A DNA stretch of 64,000 bases from positions 1 through 64,000 of IMG/VR virus record IMGVR_UViG_3300043427_003501; one strand, given 5' to 3'. Shown piece after piece: positions 26,294 to 34,547 of this stretch (position 1 is its first letter; each line of letters starts with the position of its first letter). The stretch is from a virus. The translations under genes were made by a program, and so were the position numbers. The notes beneath the pieces were generated by a model, which did no database searches, was not told the DNA's origin, and saw nothing but the letters and a program-made list of their open reading frames with translations.

Positions 26294-26501
26294 TATACTA
26301 TCGAGAAAACCAAAGTCTTAGGTTTTCTCTATCGGTGCGGGAGCGCTCCCTTCCTCGTTCCGACCCTCTCCCAGACCCCCTTATACGGCCAGGCCCGAGT
26401 CTCCAAAGACCATCCTTATAGAGCCAAGCTCAGAGTGCAGAATAGCGTCTTTGTAGAGCCGAGCCCGACCTTGATGCGGGCGTCCTTACACCGGCAAGAG
26501 C

Positions 26502-26792
26502 TCACTGACGCTCTTTGAGCGCCTTCAAGAGCAGATCGAGGTCTTCGGCTGAGAACTTTGACAGTTCCTTGAGCACGGAGGTCTTGCCAACCTTGTTTGA
26601 GGTCTTGGCATCTTGCTTAGCCTTGATCGCGGCTTCGAACTCGGGCTTGCCCTCGCAGACCTCGAGCAGCGCCAGAATGATGTGCCCTTGAGAGAGCTTG
26701 TTCTGGCGAGCAAGTTTGGCGATTCGCTCCTGTATCTCGGTTTCGAGAACGATGGCGGAGCGCTTGGGTTGGTTGGTGACAGACTCACTCAT
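26502..26792 (-). CDS. ribbon-helix-helix-like regulator (candidate repressor)
   Basis: KRSAIVLETEIQERIAKLARQNKLSQGHIILALL beta-alpha-alpha pattern; SD GGAG; ACTCACTCATGACT over the start codon. Confidence 0.55.
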   Translation of the reverse strand: MSESVTNQPKRSAIVLETEIQERIAKLARQNKLSQGHIILALLEVCEGKPEFEAAIKAKQDAKTSNKVGKTSVLKELSKFSAEDLDLLLKALKERQ

Positions 26793-26880
26793 GACTTTCT
26801 CCAGTTATACAAATGCAAAATTGCATCATTGCAAGAGTATAGTCTCTTGCATGTTATAAGCAACAGTGAAATTTAGGCTA

Positions 26881-27084
26881 TTACTCTTCTCCCCGAATGA
26901 ACCCAATGGGACGACCAGTTGGCTCTTCTTCCTCTTCAGGTTCGGCTTGACTCTGGTCCAGAAGACCATACGGCATGTCCTTCAGAAAGGCAATTCCCAG
27001 AAGCACCAGCGGGTTGGACGTTGCAAACAGTGCAATGAGTACAACGGCAAGAATTCCGACATTGAGAGCGAGAGCGTGGTTCAT
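26881..27084 (-). CDS. small membrane protein
   Basis: Two hydrophobic segments and an acidic tail; SD AAAGGT. Confidence 0.6.
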   Translation of the reverse strand: MNHALALNVGILAVVLIALFATSNPLVLLGIAFLKDMPYGLLDQSQAEPEEEEEPTGRPIGFIRGEE

Positions 27085-27107
27085 GTTGCGGCACCTTTCT
27101 GTGGCTT

Positions 27108-28679
27108 TTACGCAACTGTAGCACGCCCCTGTTTGGCAAGTCCCAGTTTTTCGAAGTCGAAGTCACTTCCATCTGCAAGAAGGTTCTCGGCAAAGCCTTC
27201 AGTACCTTTGATGATGCTCAGGCGCTGCAGCGAATGATCCTTCAGGTAGCGGTTGTGCTCATCGAAGAAATCCACAATCAGAGCAATGTTGGGACCGGAT
27301 TTTTTGGCCCGAAGACCGCGACCGACCCTTTGACGAAGAGCGACTTCGGCCTTACCACCGCCGGCAAGAATCACCATCCCCACAGCGGGAACGTCAACAC
27401 CGACGTCCAGAATCGTAGAACCAATCAGTACCTGAATTTCACCATTGGCGAGCTTAGAGAGCGCTTTCTTGCGCTCGTCTTGGTCGTTCTCACCGTAGAT
27501 GAACGCGGCGCGAACACCTTTAGCTTTCAGAAGCTCAAGCAGCTTGTGACCGTGGGCTTTCTGCTGGATGAGCACCATCGTCGACAGGCGGTGACGAGCT
27601 GCTCGTAGACACTCGGCGACAATCAGGCTGTTTCGCTCTTCGTTTTCGACGATTCCCAGACGGTACGCAGCTTGCCAGGGTGTGCCTCGCAGCAGGTTCT
27701 TGGGCTTGGAAGACAGTTTGGCAATCTTGAAGATGGGTCGGGCAAGAATGCCTCGATCGATCAGCATCTTCTCGGTGACCTTGATGCCGATGGAGCCGAA
27801 CGCCGCCATCAGGCGCATGTTCGACTCTTCGTCTTCCTTCATGAAGGGCGTGGCGGTGATGGCCAGGCGGTAGTGGGCGTTCTTGCAGTGGCGAAGAATC
27901 TCGTAGTAGCTATTGCCGGACGCCTCGTGGGCTTCCTCACCGATCACAAACTCGAACTTGGACAACAAGCTGATCGTCTGGTTGCGAATCGCAGTCTGGC
28001 GATTCTGCTCTTCAACGGAGTCGTCTGGATCAGGCTCGGCCAGTCGTGAGACAAGAGTTTGCACCATGCCGACGCTCATCTTCTTTACAAACTGGCGACC
28101 TTCGGCGTCAGTGTAGCCGAACTGACCGTCTCCCAGTACCGAGCAAGCGATGCCAAGGTCTTGCTCAAAAGTTTCCTTCATCTGGTACATCAGGATCGAC
28201 CGGGTCGTCAGAAACAACGTCGGGCGGTTGATGCGCATGAAGGCAAGACGAGCGATGCGACTCTTTCCACCACCCGTTGCGACCTGAGCAATCATGGAGC
28301 CGTACTTCACCAGCCTATCGACTGTCTCCATCTGATAGTCATAGCGAGGGTCGTCGGGAAACGAGTCAACTCGAGGCTTTTCTGGCCCCTGGGGCAACGG
28401 AAGCGGTTTTCGAACGCGGTTGACTCGATGACCTAGACGAGTCAGGTGCGCCGCTACGTAGTTGACGAAGCCCGCAGGGAAAGTCGCAGCCCGAAAGTCA
28501 AAGAAGCTGGATCGACCATCCCAGCTGCCGCCTTTGAAAGCGGCAGTGTGCTCGGCACCTTCAACCTTGTAGGATAATAGAGATTGCACCCGCAGCTTTA
28601 CCTCTCTTGAGGATTCATGCAGCTTTGCAACCGTGGCGTTGTATGCCAGCGTAACCGGCTCGTGATTTGAGTGTTCCAT
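27108..28679 (-). CDS. superfamily 2 (ResIII/UvsW-like) DNA helicase
   Basis: Q motif YDYQ, Walker A ATGGGKS, EEAH, TATP, DVGVDVP, QRVGRGLR. Confidence 0.9.
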   Translation of the reverse strand: MEHSNHEPVTLAYNATVAKLHESSREVKLRVQSLLSYKVEGAEHTAAFKGGSWDGRSSFFDFRAATFPAGFVNYVAAHLTRLGHRVNRVRKPLPLPQGPEKPRVDSFPDDPRYDYQMETVDRLVKYGSMIAQVATGGGKSRIARLAFMRINRPTLFLTTRSILMYQMKETFEQDLGIACSVLGDGQFGYTDAEGRQFVKKMSVGMVQTLVSRLAEPDPDDSVEEQNRQTAIRNQTISLLSKFEFVIGEEAHEASGNSYYEILRHCKNAHYRLAITATPFMKEDEESNMRLMAAFGSIGIKVTEKMLIDRGILARPIFKIAKLSSKPKNLLRGTPWQAAYRLGIVENEERNSLIVAECLRAARHRLSTMVLIQQKAHGHKLLELLKAKGVRAAFIYGENDQDERKKALSKLANGEIQVLIGSTILDVGVDVPAVGMVILAGGGKAEVALRQRVGRGLRAKKSGPNIALIVDFFDEHNRYLKDHSLQRLSIIKGTEGFAENLLADGSDFDFEKLGLAKQGRATVA

Positions 28680-28685
28680 TGGCTG

Positions 28686-28730
28686 TTGCCAAGTTCTTAT
28701 ATAAGGATTATAGTTGCCTCAGTCGTGACT
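28686..28730 (+). promoter_or_regulatory. promoter plus operator in the divergent helicase/ParB intergenic region
   Basis: TTGCCA-17-TATAGT, then CCTCAGTCGTGACT. Confidence 0.6.
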
Positions 28731-28742
28731 TATACAAATACC

Positions 28743-29393
28743 GTGACCAAGATCAAAGTTGAAACTCTACCGCCGAGTCAGTTGCGGCCAAATCCCTGGA
28801 ACACCAATGTGGTGTCGCCGGAAAACCAGGCCAAGCTCGAAGCCTCGGTCAAACGCTTTGGCATGTTCAAACCGATCGTGGTTCGGCAAATGCCTGATGA
28901 GACTCTTCAGATCATTGGCGGTCAGCATCGTTGGGAAGCGGCAAAGTCACTGGGGTTGAAAGAGGTTCCAGTTGTCAATCTTGGCGTACTGAACGACAAA
29001 AAGGCAAAAGAGATTGGGCTTGTTGACAACGGTCGGTACGGAGCAGACGACACCCTACAGCTGGCAGGCCTGCTGGAAGACATCGGTGTTTCCACCGAAG
29101 AGCTTGCCAGCTTTATGCCGTTTTCCGAAACCGACATCGCATCAATTTTTTCATCTGTAAGCATATCGCTGGATGACCTTGATCTACCTGATGATGCTGA
29201 AATTCCCAAGACGCCGGCTACAAAAGCCGTTCAGACTCATCAAATCATGCGCTTCAAGGTTCCGGTAGACGATGTTGCCAAAATCACAGAGATGATCGAG
29301 CGGACCATGAAGGAGCAGAGGTTTACGGATGAAGACTCACTTTCTAATGCCGGAAATGCTCTGGTTCACCTCCTGTCAGGACTCTACGACTAA
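28743..29393 (+). CDS. ParB/Sulfiredoxin N-terminal domain protein 1
   Basis: LRPNPWNTN, KPIVVR, IIGGQHRWEAA; GTG start. Confidence 0.85.
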   Translation: MTKIKVETLPPSQLRPNPWNTNVVSPENQAKLEASVKRFGMFKPIVVRQMPDETLQIIGGQHRWEAAKSLGLKEVPVVNLGVLNDKKAKEIGLVDNGRYGADDTLQLAGLLEDIGVSTEELASFMPFSETDIASIFSSVSISLDDLDLPDDAEIPKTPATKAVQTHQIMRFKVPVDDVAKITEMIERTMKEQRFTDEDSLSNAGNALVHLLSGLYD

Positions 29394-29403
29394 AGGTGAT
29401 GAC

Positions 29404-29580
29404 ATGGACAAGTTTCCTGAGTGCGCCGAGTGCATCAACAAAGAGTTTGACCCTTTTCAATGCGAATCCTGCGAGGATGCTTGCAACTTTGAGCCTTACG
29501 ATGAGGAATATGAGCCAGAAGACACTGCGGAGTCAATGACCATCTCGGAATTCAAAGATTTCTGGAGGAATGGACGATGA
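29404..29580 (+). CDS. small Cys-rich acidic protein
   Basis: CAEC...CESCEDAC; SD AAGGTG. Confidence 0.6.
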   Translation: MDKFPECAECINKEFDPFQCESCEDACNFEPYDEEYEPEDTAESMTISEFKDFWRNGR

Positions 29581-30245
29581 AAAAGAAGACTGACATTCCT
29601 GGCCAGATCACCGTCTGGGACATTGACAAGGTCAAGCCCTACGAACTCAACGCCAAGATTCACGACTCGAAGCAGGTCGAACGGATTGCCAAATCGATCT
29701 CGGAGTTCGGTTGGGATCAGCCGATTGTCGTCGATGCAACCGGAACCATCATCAAAGGTCATGGCCGTCGCCTGGCCGCTCTAAAGCTGGGTCTGACGCG
29801 CATTCCGGTCTGGGTACGCGACGACCTGACTCCCGAGCAGGTTCGAGCCTCTCGCCTGGCAGACAACCGAGTTGCAGTCAGCGACATCGACAGCAGCATT
29901 CTGCAGAAGGAACTCGAAGGTCTCGAATATGACTTGAAAGGCATATTTGATGAGAAGGAACTTACCTTCCTAGAGGAAAATTTAGGAGAATTCAATGCAA
30001 ACGCTTTTGTCGATGACATTGAGGTCGAAGTAGGGCGCCAAACAGAAGAGACTCAAAAGACTGTCGAGAGTGCGAAGTCGAAAGATGTTCCAATCGACAA
30101 AGCTCTGGGTTTTAAGATGATCAAAGGCAGCCAGGAGCGCCATGTGGCTGCTTTTATGGCCCAAATCGAAGAAGAAACTGGGCTCGAGGGTGCAGACGCC
30201 TTCGTTGACTTCATCCAAAAATTGCTGGACGAGGATCAGTCATGA
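29577..30245 (+). CDS. ParB/Sulfiredoxin N-terminal domain protein 2
   Basis: KPYELNAKIH, SISEFGWDQPIVVD, IKGHGRRLAA, RLADNR. Confidence 0.87.
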   Translation: MKKKTDIPGQITVWDIDKVKPYELNAKIHDSKQVERIAKSISEFGWDQPIVVDATGTIIKGHGRRLAALKLGLTRIPVWVRDDLTPEQVRASRLADNRVAVSDIDSSILQKELEGLEYDLKGIFDEKELTFLEENLGEFNANAFVDDIEVEVGRQTEETQKTVESAKSKDVPIDKALGFKMIKGSQERHVAAFMAQIEEETGLEGADAFVDFIQKLLDEDQS

Positions 30246-30613
30246 GTGACGTATACATAGGCTTACCAAGAAAGATCAGAGTTGGCCAATACACGTTTCG
30301 CGTCACTGTCGGTTCGGAAGAGAAGTACCCCGTACTCGAAGGAAATGACGGCGTGACCGATTTTGGTCAGTTCCGCATCTACCTTGGCGACAAGCTGCAC
30401 CGACAGCGTGCCATTAACGTCGTTCAGCACGAACTGACTCACGCAATCAACTGGGTGTACGGCGTCACTGATGGCTCAGAAGAAGAGCACATCACAACGC
30501 AACACACAAATGGACTGATCGAGCTATGGGTAAGCAATCCAAAGGTATTCGGCTGGTTTGCCAAGAGTTTGCGAACGCTGAAGCGCGAAAACGCGCAGGA
30601 GGAGACTGAGTGA
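30242..30613 (+). CDS. HExxH zincin-like protein
   Basis: VVQHELTHAI...EE; start overlapped by AGTCATGAGTGACG (30238-30251). Confidence 0.6.
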   Translation: MSDVYIGLPRKIRVGQYTFRVTVGSEEKYPVLEGNDGVTDFGQFRIYLGDKLHRQRAINVVQHELTHAINWVYGVTDGSEEEHITTQHTNGLIELWVSNPKVFGWFAKSLRTLKRENAQEETE

Positions 30614-30756
30614 CCTGCATATCGACAATCTGGATGTGGCTGCTTGCCATGTCCGCCATTCCCGGCATTGCTATTACCCTGCTGATACTGCTGATGCTCT
30701 GGGAAGGCGCCTGCATTTTTATCGATGACTGGCGTCGAGCTCGGAGGCGTCAATGA
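30610..30756 (+). CDS. 48-aa membrane peptide (not in ORF track)
   Basis: GTG start with SD GGAGGAG, coupled at both ends; long hydrophobic stretch. Confidence 0.5.
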   Translation: MTCISTIWMWLLAMSAIPGIAITLLILLMLWEGACIFIDDWRRARRRQ

Positions 30757-31415
30757 CACAGTACGTACTGGACAAGCGCTTCGTCTGCAAAGTCGATCGT
30801 TCTGATCGAGTGCTGGAGATCGCTGAGGCCTTCGGTTTGGGCCTGGATGACAAGGAATTTGTCGTCTTTGACAAGCAGGCTGTCGAGATTGAGCAAGGCG
30901 ATGTCGTTTACATCACAGGGCAGTCGGGCTCAGGAAAGTCACTGGCCCTGCGCGAGTTGAAGAAGCAGATGTCCGAAGCGGGGCACCATATATCGGACAT
31001 TGACGAGGTAACGCTCGATTTAACGCGCCCCTTGATCGATCAAATTGGAAGCAATACAGCCGAGGCGCTCACGCTTCTATCAATCGCCGGACTGAACGAC
31101 GCCTACCTTTTCGTTCGCAAGCCGCAAGAACTCTCCGATGGTCAGCGCTACCGCTTTCGCCTGGCTAAGATCATTGAGTCTGGCGCAAACGTCTGGGTCT
31201 GCGATGAGTTCTTGGCGGTATTGGATCGAACCACGGCCAAGGTCATTGCATTCAACTTGCAAAAGGTGGCTCGCAAGATGAAGGCTACTTTGATGGTAGC
31301 TACAACCCATACCGACATGGTTGCCGACCTGGCGCCAAACCTTTACATCAACAAACGCTACCGAGAAAAGATCGAAATCGTTCGGTCCCCGGAAGGCTAC
31401 AAGGAGAACCCATGA
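30753..31415 (+). CDS. stand-alone ABC ATPase
   Basis: Walker A GQSGSGKS, signature LSDGQ, Walker B VCDEF, H-loop TTH. Confidence 0.88.
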   Translation: MTQYVLDKRFVCKVDRSDRVLEIAEAFGLGLDDKEFVVFDKQAVEIEQGDVVYITGQSGSGKSLALRELKKQMSEAGHHISDIDEVTLDLTRPLIDQIGSNTAEALTLLSIAGLNDAYLFVRKPQELSDGQRYRFRLAKIIESGANVWVCDEFLAVLDRTTAKVIAFNLQKVARKMKATLMVATTHTDMVADLAPNLYINKRYREKIEIVRSPEGYKENP

Positions 31416-31747
31416 ATGACATTGAGCAGGAAATTCAAGAAAAGAAGCTGACCGCGCCGCGCATTACGCCGGCGGACATCGAGGCCAACATCGTCAGCGA
31501 GCATTACTTCACCGCCGCAGACGGCATCGACGGTTCTGACAAGGCCGCCGAAATCCCCGACGAGTGCGAACTGCTGACCTTCTGCGTCCTGGTTCTGCGC
31601 AACGGCTTCATGGTGACTGGTGAGTCGGCCTGCGCCAGCCCGGAGAACTTCGACGCCGAGATCGGACGCAAGGTGGCCCGACAGAACGCAGTGGCCAAGA
31701 TTTGGCCGCTGATGGGATATGAGCTGCGAACTCGCCTGGCTCAATAA
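31412..31747 (+). CDS. Phage_gp49_66-family protein (possible Acb4-type nucleotide sponge)
   Basis: APRITPADIEA...LTFCVLVLRNGF.VTGESACASPENFDAEIG...IWPLMGY. Confidence 0.75.
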   Translation: MNDIEQEIQEKKLTAPRITPADIEANIVSEHYFTAADGIDGSDKAAEIPDECELLTFCVLVLRNGFMVTGESACASPENFDAEIGRKVARQNAVAKIWPLMGYELRTRLAQ

Positions 31748-31749
31748 AG

Positions 31750-32064
31750 ATGACCGAAGACAAGGAAACTTTTGAGCAGATGGTTCTGCGATCCTGGAAT
31801 GAGGAGGCAGGCGCCAAATCGTTCGTACTGTTCAGCTCACCCGATTGCGCTCCATGCAGGCGCATAAAAGCCACCATTGAGTCGCTAGAGGATGATCTGG
31901 GAAAGATTGTAGGGTTCGTCAACGTGTACCACGCAGTCGCAGCCGCCTCTCAGACCAAGGTCAGATCAGTGCCAACGCTGATTCGCTTTGAGCGGGGTCA
32001 AGAAGTGGCGCGCATAGTTGGCGAGACAAGTCGGCAAAAGCTCGAGGCGTTTCTTCGTGACTGA
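31750..32064 (+). CDS. thioredoxin-like protein
   Basis: CAPC active site, VRSVPTL. Confidence 0.8.
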   Translation: MTEDKETFEQMVLRSWNEEAGAKSFVLFSSPDCAPCRRIKATIESLEDDLGKIVGFVNVYHAVAAASQTKVRSVPTLIRFERGQEVARIVGETSRQKLEAFLRD

Positions 32065-32968
32065 AGACATGGAAGTCATTCGCCGGCCAGTGCCGAGCAA
32101 CCATACGCTCTCGCTTTTGCCGAACGTATACGTTGAGCGCGGCACTATCGAGGACTGGAATCTGCTCCACGAACTCCACTACAAGGCGGAGTCGCTAGGT
32201 ATCGGTCCTCGCATCTACCGCTGCGTACTCAACGGACAAACAATCGGCGTGGGTGTCATGACGGTGCCCAAGATTCTGCTGTCCGGACGGAATGAAGTCT
32301 TCAGACATCTGAAGCCCAACACCGGAGGTATGGACTCAAGGTTGATCAATCGACACCGAGCGTACTGGATCAACGATCACGCCTGTACCAACTCGCGGCT
32401 GGTGCTGGACACCATGTACCGAGGCGCCGGCATCGCCTACCGAATGCAGAACATCATGATGCGAATGACTGGCTGCCAGGTGATTGAATTTCAGTCGTCG
32501 ATGAGCAAGTTCAACCCCTTCGCTCAAAAGGCGGGCATTCGCTTTACCAGACCGAAGCGCAGCGCCAACTACGAGCGCGGCGTCATGTTCTTCCAACGAT
32601 GGTTCATATCCAATCCGTCGGACTACATGGGAATCATGACGGAAATCAACGAGATGAAGCCGGCGGTGCGAAGTAAATGCGAAGCCGAGATGCGTAAGTT
32701 TTATTACGCCTGTTCGGCACTCGAGAAGACAGGAAATGCGCGTTTTCGAGGAGAAGATCGGCGCGACAACATGGAAGTCAGCTATCTGCTCAAGTCACTT
32801 CAGCAGCTGACGTTGGCTTCACCTCTGTACGGCGCATACATCAATCCCGACGCCAGCCCGCAAAAGGGAGTCTCAAAACTGCCTCCCCGCGTTCCAATCA
32901 TCGCTTTCGACAACCAACCGCCGGATCAACCGCTGGACATTTCCAGGCTGCCGGCTAAGTACGTGTGA
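32057..32968 (+). CDS. GNAT-like (Mom-type) acyltransferase
   Basis: LHELHY, SRLVLDTMYRGAGIA acyl-CoA-binding-like motif, MSKFNPFAQKAG. Confidence 0.65.
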   Translation: MTEDMEVIRRPVPSNHTLSLLPNVYVERGTIEDWNLLHELHYKAESLGIGPRIYRCVLNGQTIGVGVMTVPKILLSGRNEVFRHLKPNTGGMDSRLINRHRAYWINDHACTNSRLVLDTMYRGAGIAYRMQNIMMRMTGCQVIEFQSSMSKFNPFAQKAGIRFTRPKRSANYERGVMFFQRWFISNPSDYMGIMTEINEMKPAVRSKCEAEMRKFYYACSALEKTGNARFRGEDRRDNMEVSYLLKSLQQLTLASPLYGAYINPDASPQKGVSKLPPRVPIIAFDNQPPDQPLDISRLPAKYV

Positions 32969-32972
32969 TGCC

Positions 32973-33305
32973 ATGCCTCTGACAAACAAACAACTCGCCC
33001 TGATCAACCTCCTGGCCAAGCGCAACCCCGACGGGTCAGCACTTGACCTGGACCAGATTTCTGAAGGGCTACCCTACAAGCCGAGCAAGCAATCGCTGCA
33101 ATTTTCGATCCGAGCGCTGGTAGCCCACGGTCTGATTGAAAAGGCACCCTCTGAGAAGCGACGGGGCCGCATGCGATGCCTCATCGTTCTGACCCGAGCC
33201 GGTGAGCATGTAGCGGGACTGAAGTCAAAGTCTGAGCCGATCGCTGTGGACGAACAAACCGACGCTCTTCTTCAGGAACTTAGCGAGGCCTTTGAAGAAG
33301 TCTGA
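32973..33305 (+). CDS. winged-helix (MarR-like) protein
   Basis: LTNKQ...LDLDQI...SKQSLQFSIRALVAHGLIEK...LTRAG. Confidence 0.65.
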   Translation: MPLTNKQLALINLLAKRNPDGSALDLDQISEGLPYKPSKQSLQFSIRALVAHGLIEKAPSEKRRGRMRCLIVLTRAGEHVAGLKSKSEPIAVDEQTDALLQELSEAFEEV

Positions 33306-33359
33306 GCCGACCTGGGAAATCTGGGAAACCGGCATCACTTCGTATATAGATATATAGAT

Positions 33360-33779
33360 ATGACAGATTCAACAGATAAAGAATTGCGGGAAAGTACCGG
33401 CACGGAAGAGACCCGCCGGGAAGAGGCTTTGATGGTTGATGCCGCAATCATGCAGATGTTGAATCTGCGGTTTGAAGTCGCGGACGACATCATCAAAGTC
33501 TGGCCTCGGGAAATCGAAATCCCTGACGACACAAACTGGCTGACCGGACCTCGGTTTACACAAAGTGTTGTCGCCTGCCAGGACTTGTTTGAGGCCCTCA
33601 AGGTGGAGACAGAAGCCCTCGAAACCGACGGCGAGCATTTCGTCAGAGTGACGTTCCCCAATCACGGCGGGTTCAAGCTGGACGGCTCAAAGACGTACTG
33701 TCTCGAGATGGCACAAGCCATTGCACTGATGTCCACCCTGTACATCTTCCGCACGGAAAACGACGTAAGTCATGACTGA
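33360..33779 (+). CDS. hypothetical protein
   Basis: 139-aa ORF. Confidence 0.55.
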   Translation: MTDSTDKELRESTGTEETRREEALMVDAAIMQMLNLRFEVADDIIKVWPREIEIPDDTNWLTGPRFTQSVVACQDLFEALKVETEALETDGEHFVRVTFPNHGGFKLDGSKTYCLEMAQAIALMSTLYIFRTENDVSHD

Positions 33780-33809
33780 CTTGACAATGTGTCGCTTTTT
33801 TGCTACATT
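33768..33809 (+). promoter_or_regulatory. operator plus promoter of the terminase operon
   Basis: AGTCATGACTGACT abutting TTGACA-17-TACATT. Confidence 0.75.
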
Positions 33810-33834
33810 CCGCCCGAGACTTGTTCTATCTCCT

Positions 33835-33865
33835 ATGGGCGTTATCTCCACGCCCATTTTTTTTG
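33835..33865 (+). terminator. terminator-like hairpin before terS
   Basis: ATGGGCGT-TATCTCC-ACGCCCAT followed by a long T-run. Confidence 0.65.
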
Positions 33866-33881
33866 ACTGAAAGAGGCGCCT

Positions 33882-34547
33882 GTGAAAGAAGACAAGGTCG
33901 CCGCATCGGAAAAAGCGGTAAATCCACACGGAAAGCGACTTACGCCAAGCGAATGGGCTCGGGCGACTGCTTTGTGGCGAGCCGGAGAAGTAACACTAGA
34001 GGAGCTCGGCAAGCAGTTTGACCGACATCCACAATCCTTCGCCAAATACTTCGGACGCCGAGGTATCAAGAAGGGCGACAGAGCTCACCTCACTACCAAG
34101 GCGGTAGAAAACGCCGTAGAGCGTAAGGCTATTAAGGATGCAGAGCTGATAGCGGCTCGGATTCGGGAAACCAAGGAAGAGCACTACAAAATGGCCAGCG
34201 GTCTGGCCAAGCTCACTTGGGCTGAAATTCTTAAAGCCAAGCAGGACGGAGTTCCGCTATCGGCCATTCTCAACAACATCAAGACTCTGGATGCTGCATC
34301 AAGTGTCCTGCGCAGGACTCGAGAAGATCGCTACGCCGTGCTTGGGCTGGATCGTGCAGACGCAGTGGATGAGGACGACGTACCACAACTCGTAATCTCG
34401 GAACTGACGGCTGAGCAGATCGAGAACCTTCGAAAGCGTAACTTCCGCGAGCTATCAGCGCTCGACGGCATGGAAGTCGGCGACATTGATGGCTCTCAGG
34501 ATGCTTCTGCTGACGATGATGACGATGAGGTGGTTGAGGAGTCGTAA
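33882..34547 (+). CDS. probable terminase small subunit
   Basis: N-terminal HTH-like region, acidic tail; TAATG-coupled to the large subunit. Confidence 0.65.
   Translation: MKEDKVAASEKAVNPHGKRLTPSEWARATALWRAGEVTLEELGKQFDRHPQSFAKYFGRRGIKKGDRAHLTTKAVENAVERKAIKDAELIAARIRETKEEHYKMASGLAKLTWAEILKAKQDGVPLSAILNNIKTLDAASSVLRRTREDRYAVLGLDRADAVDEDDVPQLVISELTAEQIENLRKRNFRELSALDGMEVGDIDGSQDASADDDDDEVVEES

Noticed and set aside
28743-30245. Classical ParABS partition system
   Set aside because: No ParA Walker ATPase is adjacent and no clear ParB HTH is seen; the context is the ParB-terminase type
30753-31415. ABC transporter
   Set aside because: No permease or substrate-binding partner; only a 48-aa peptide nearby
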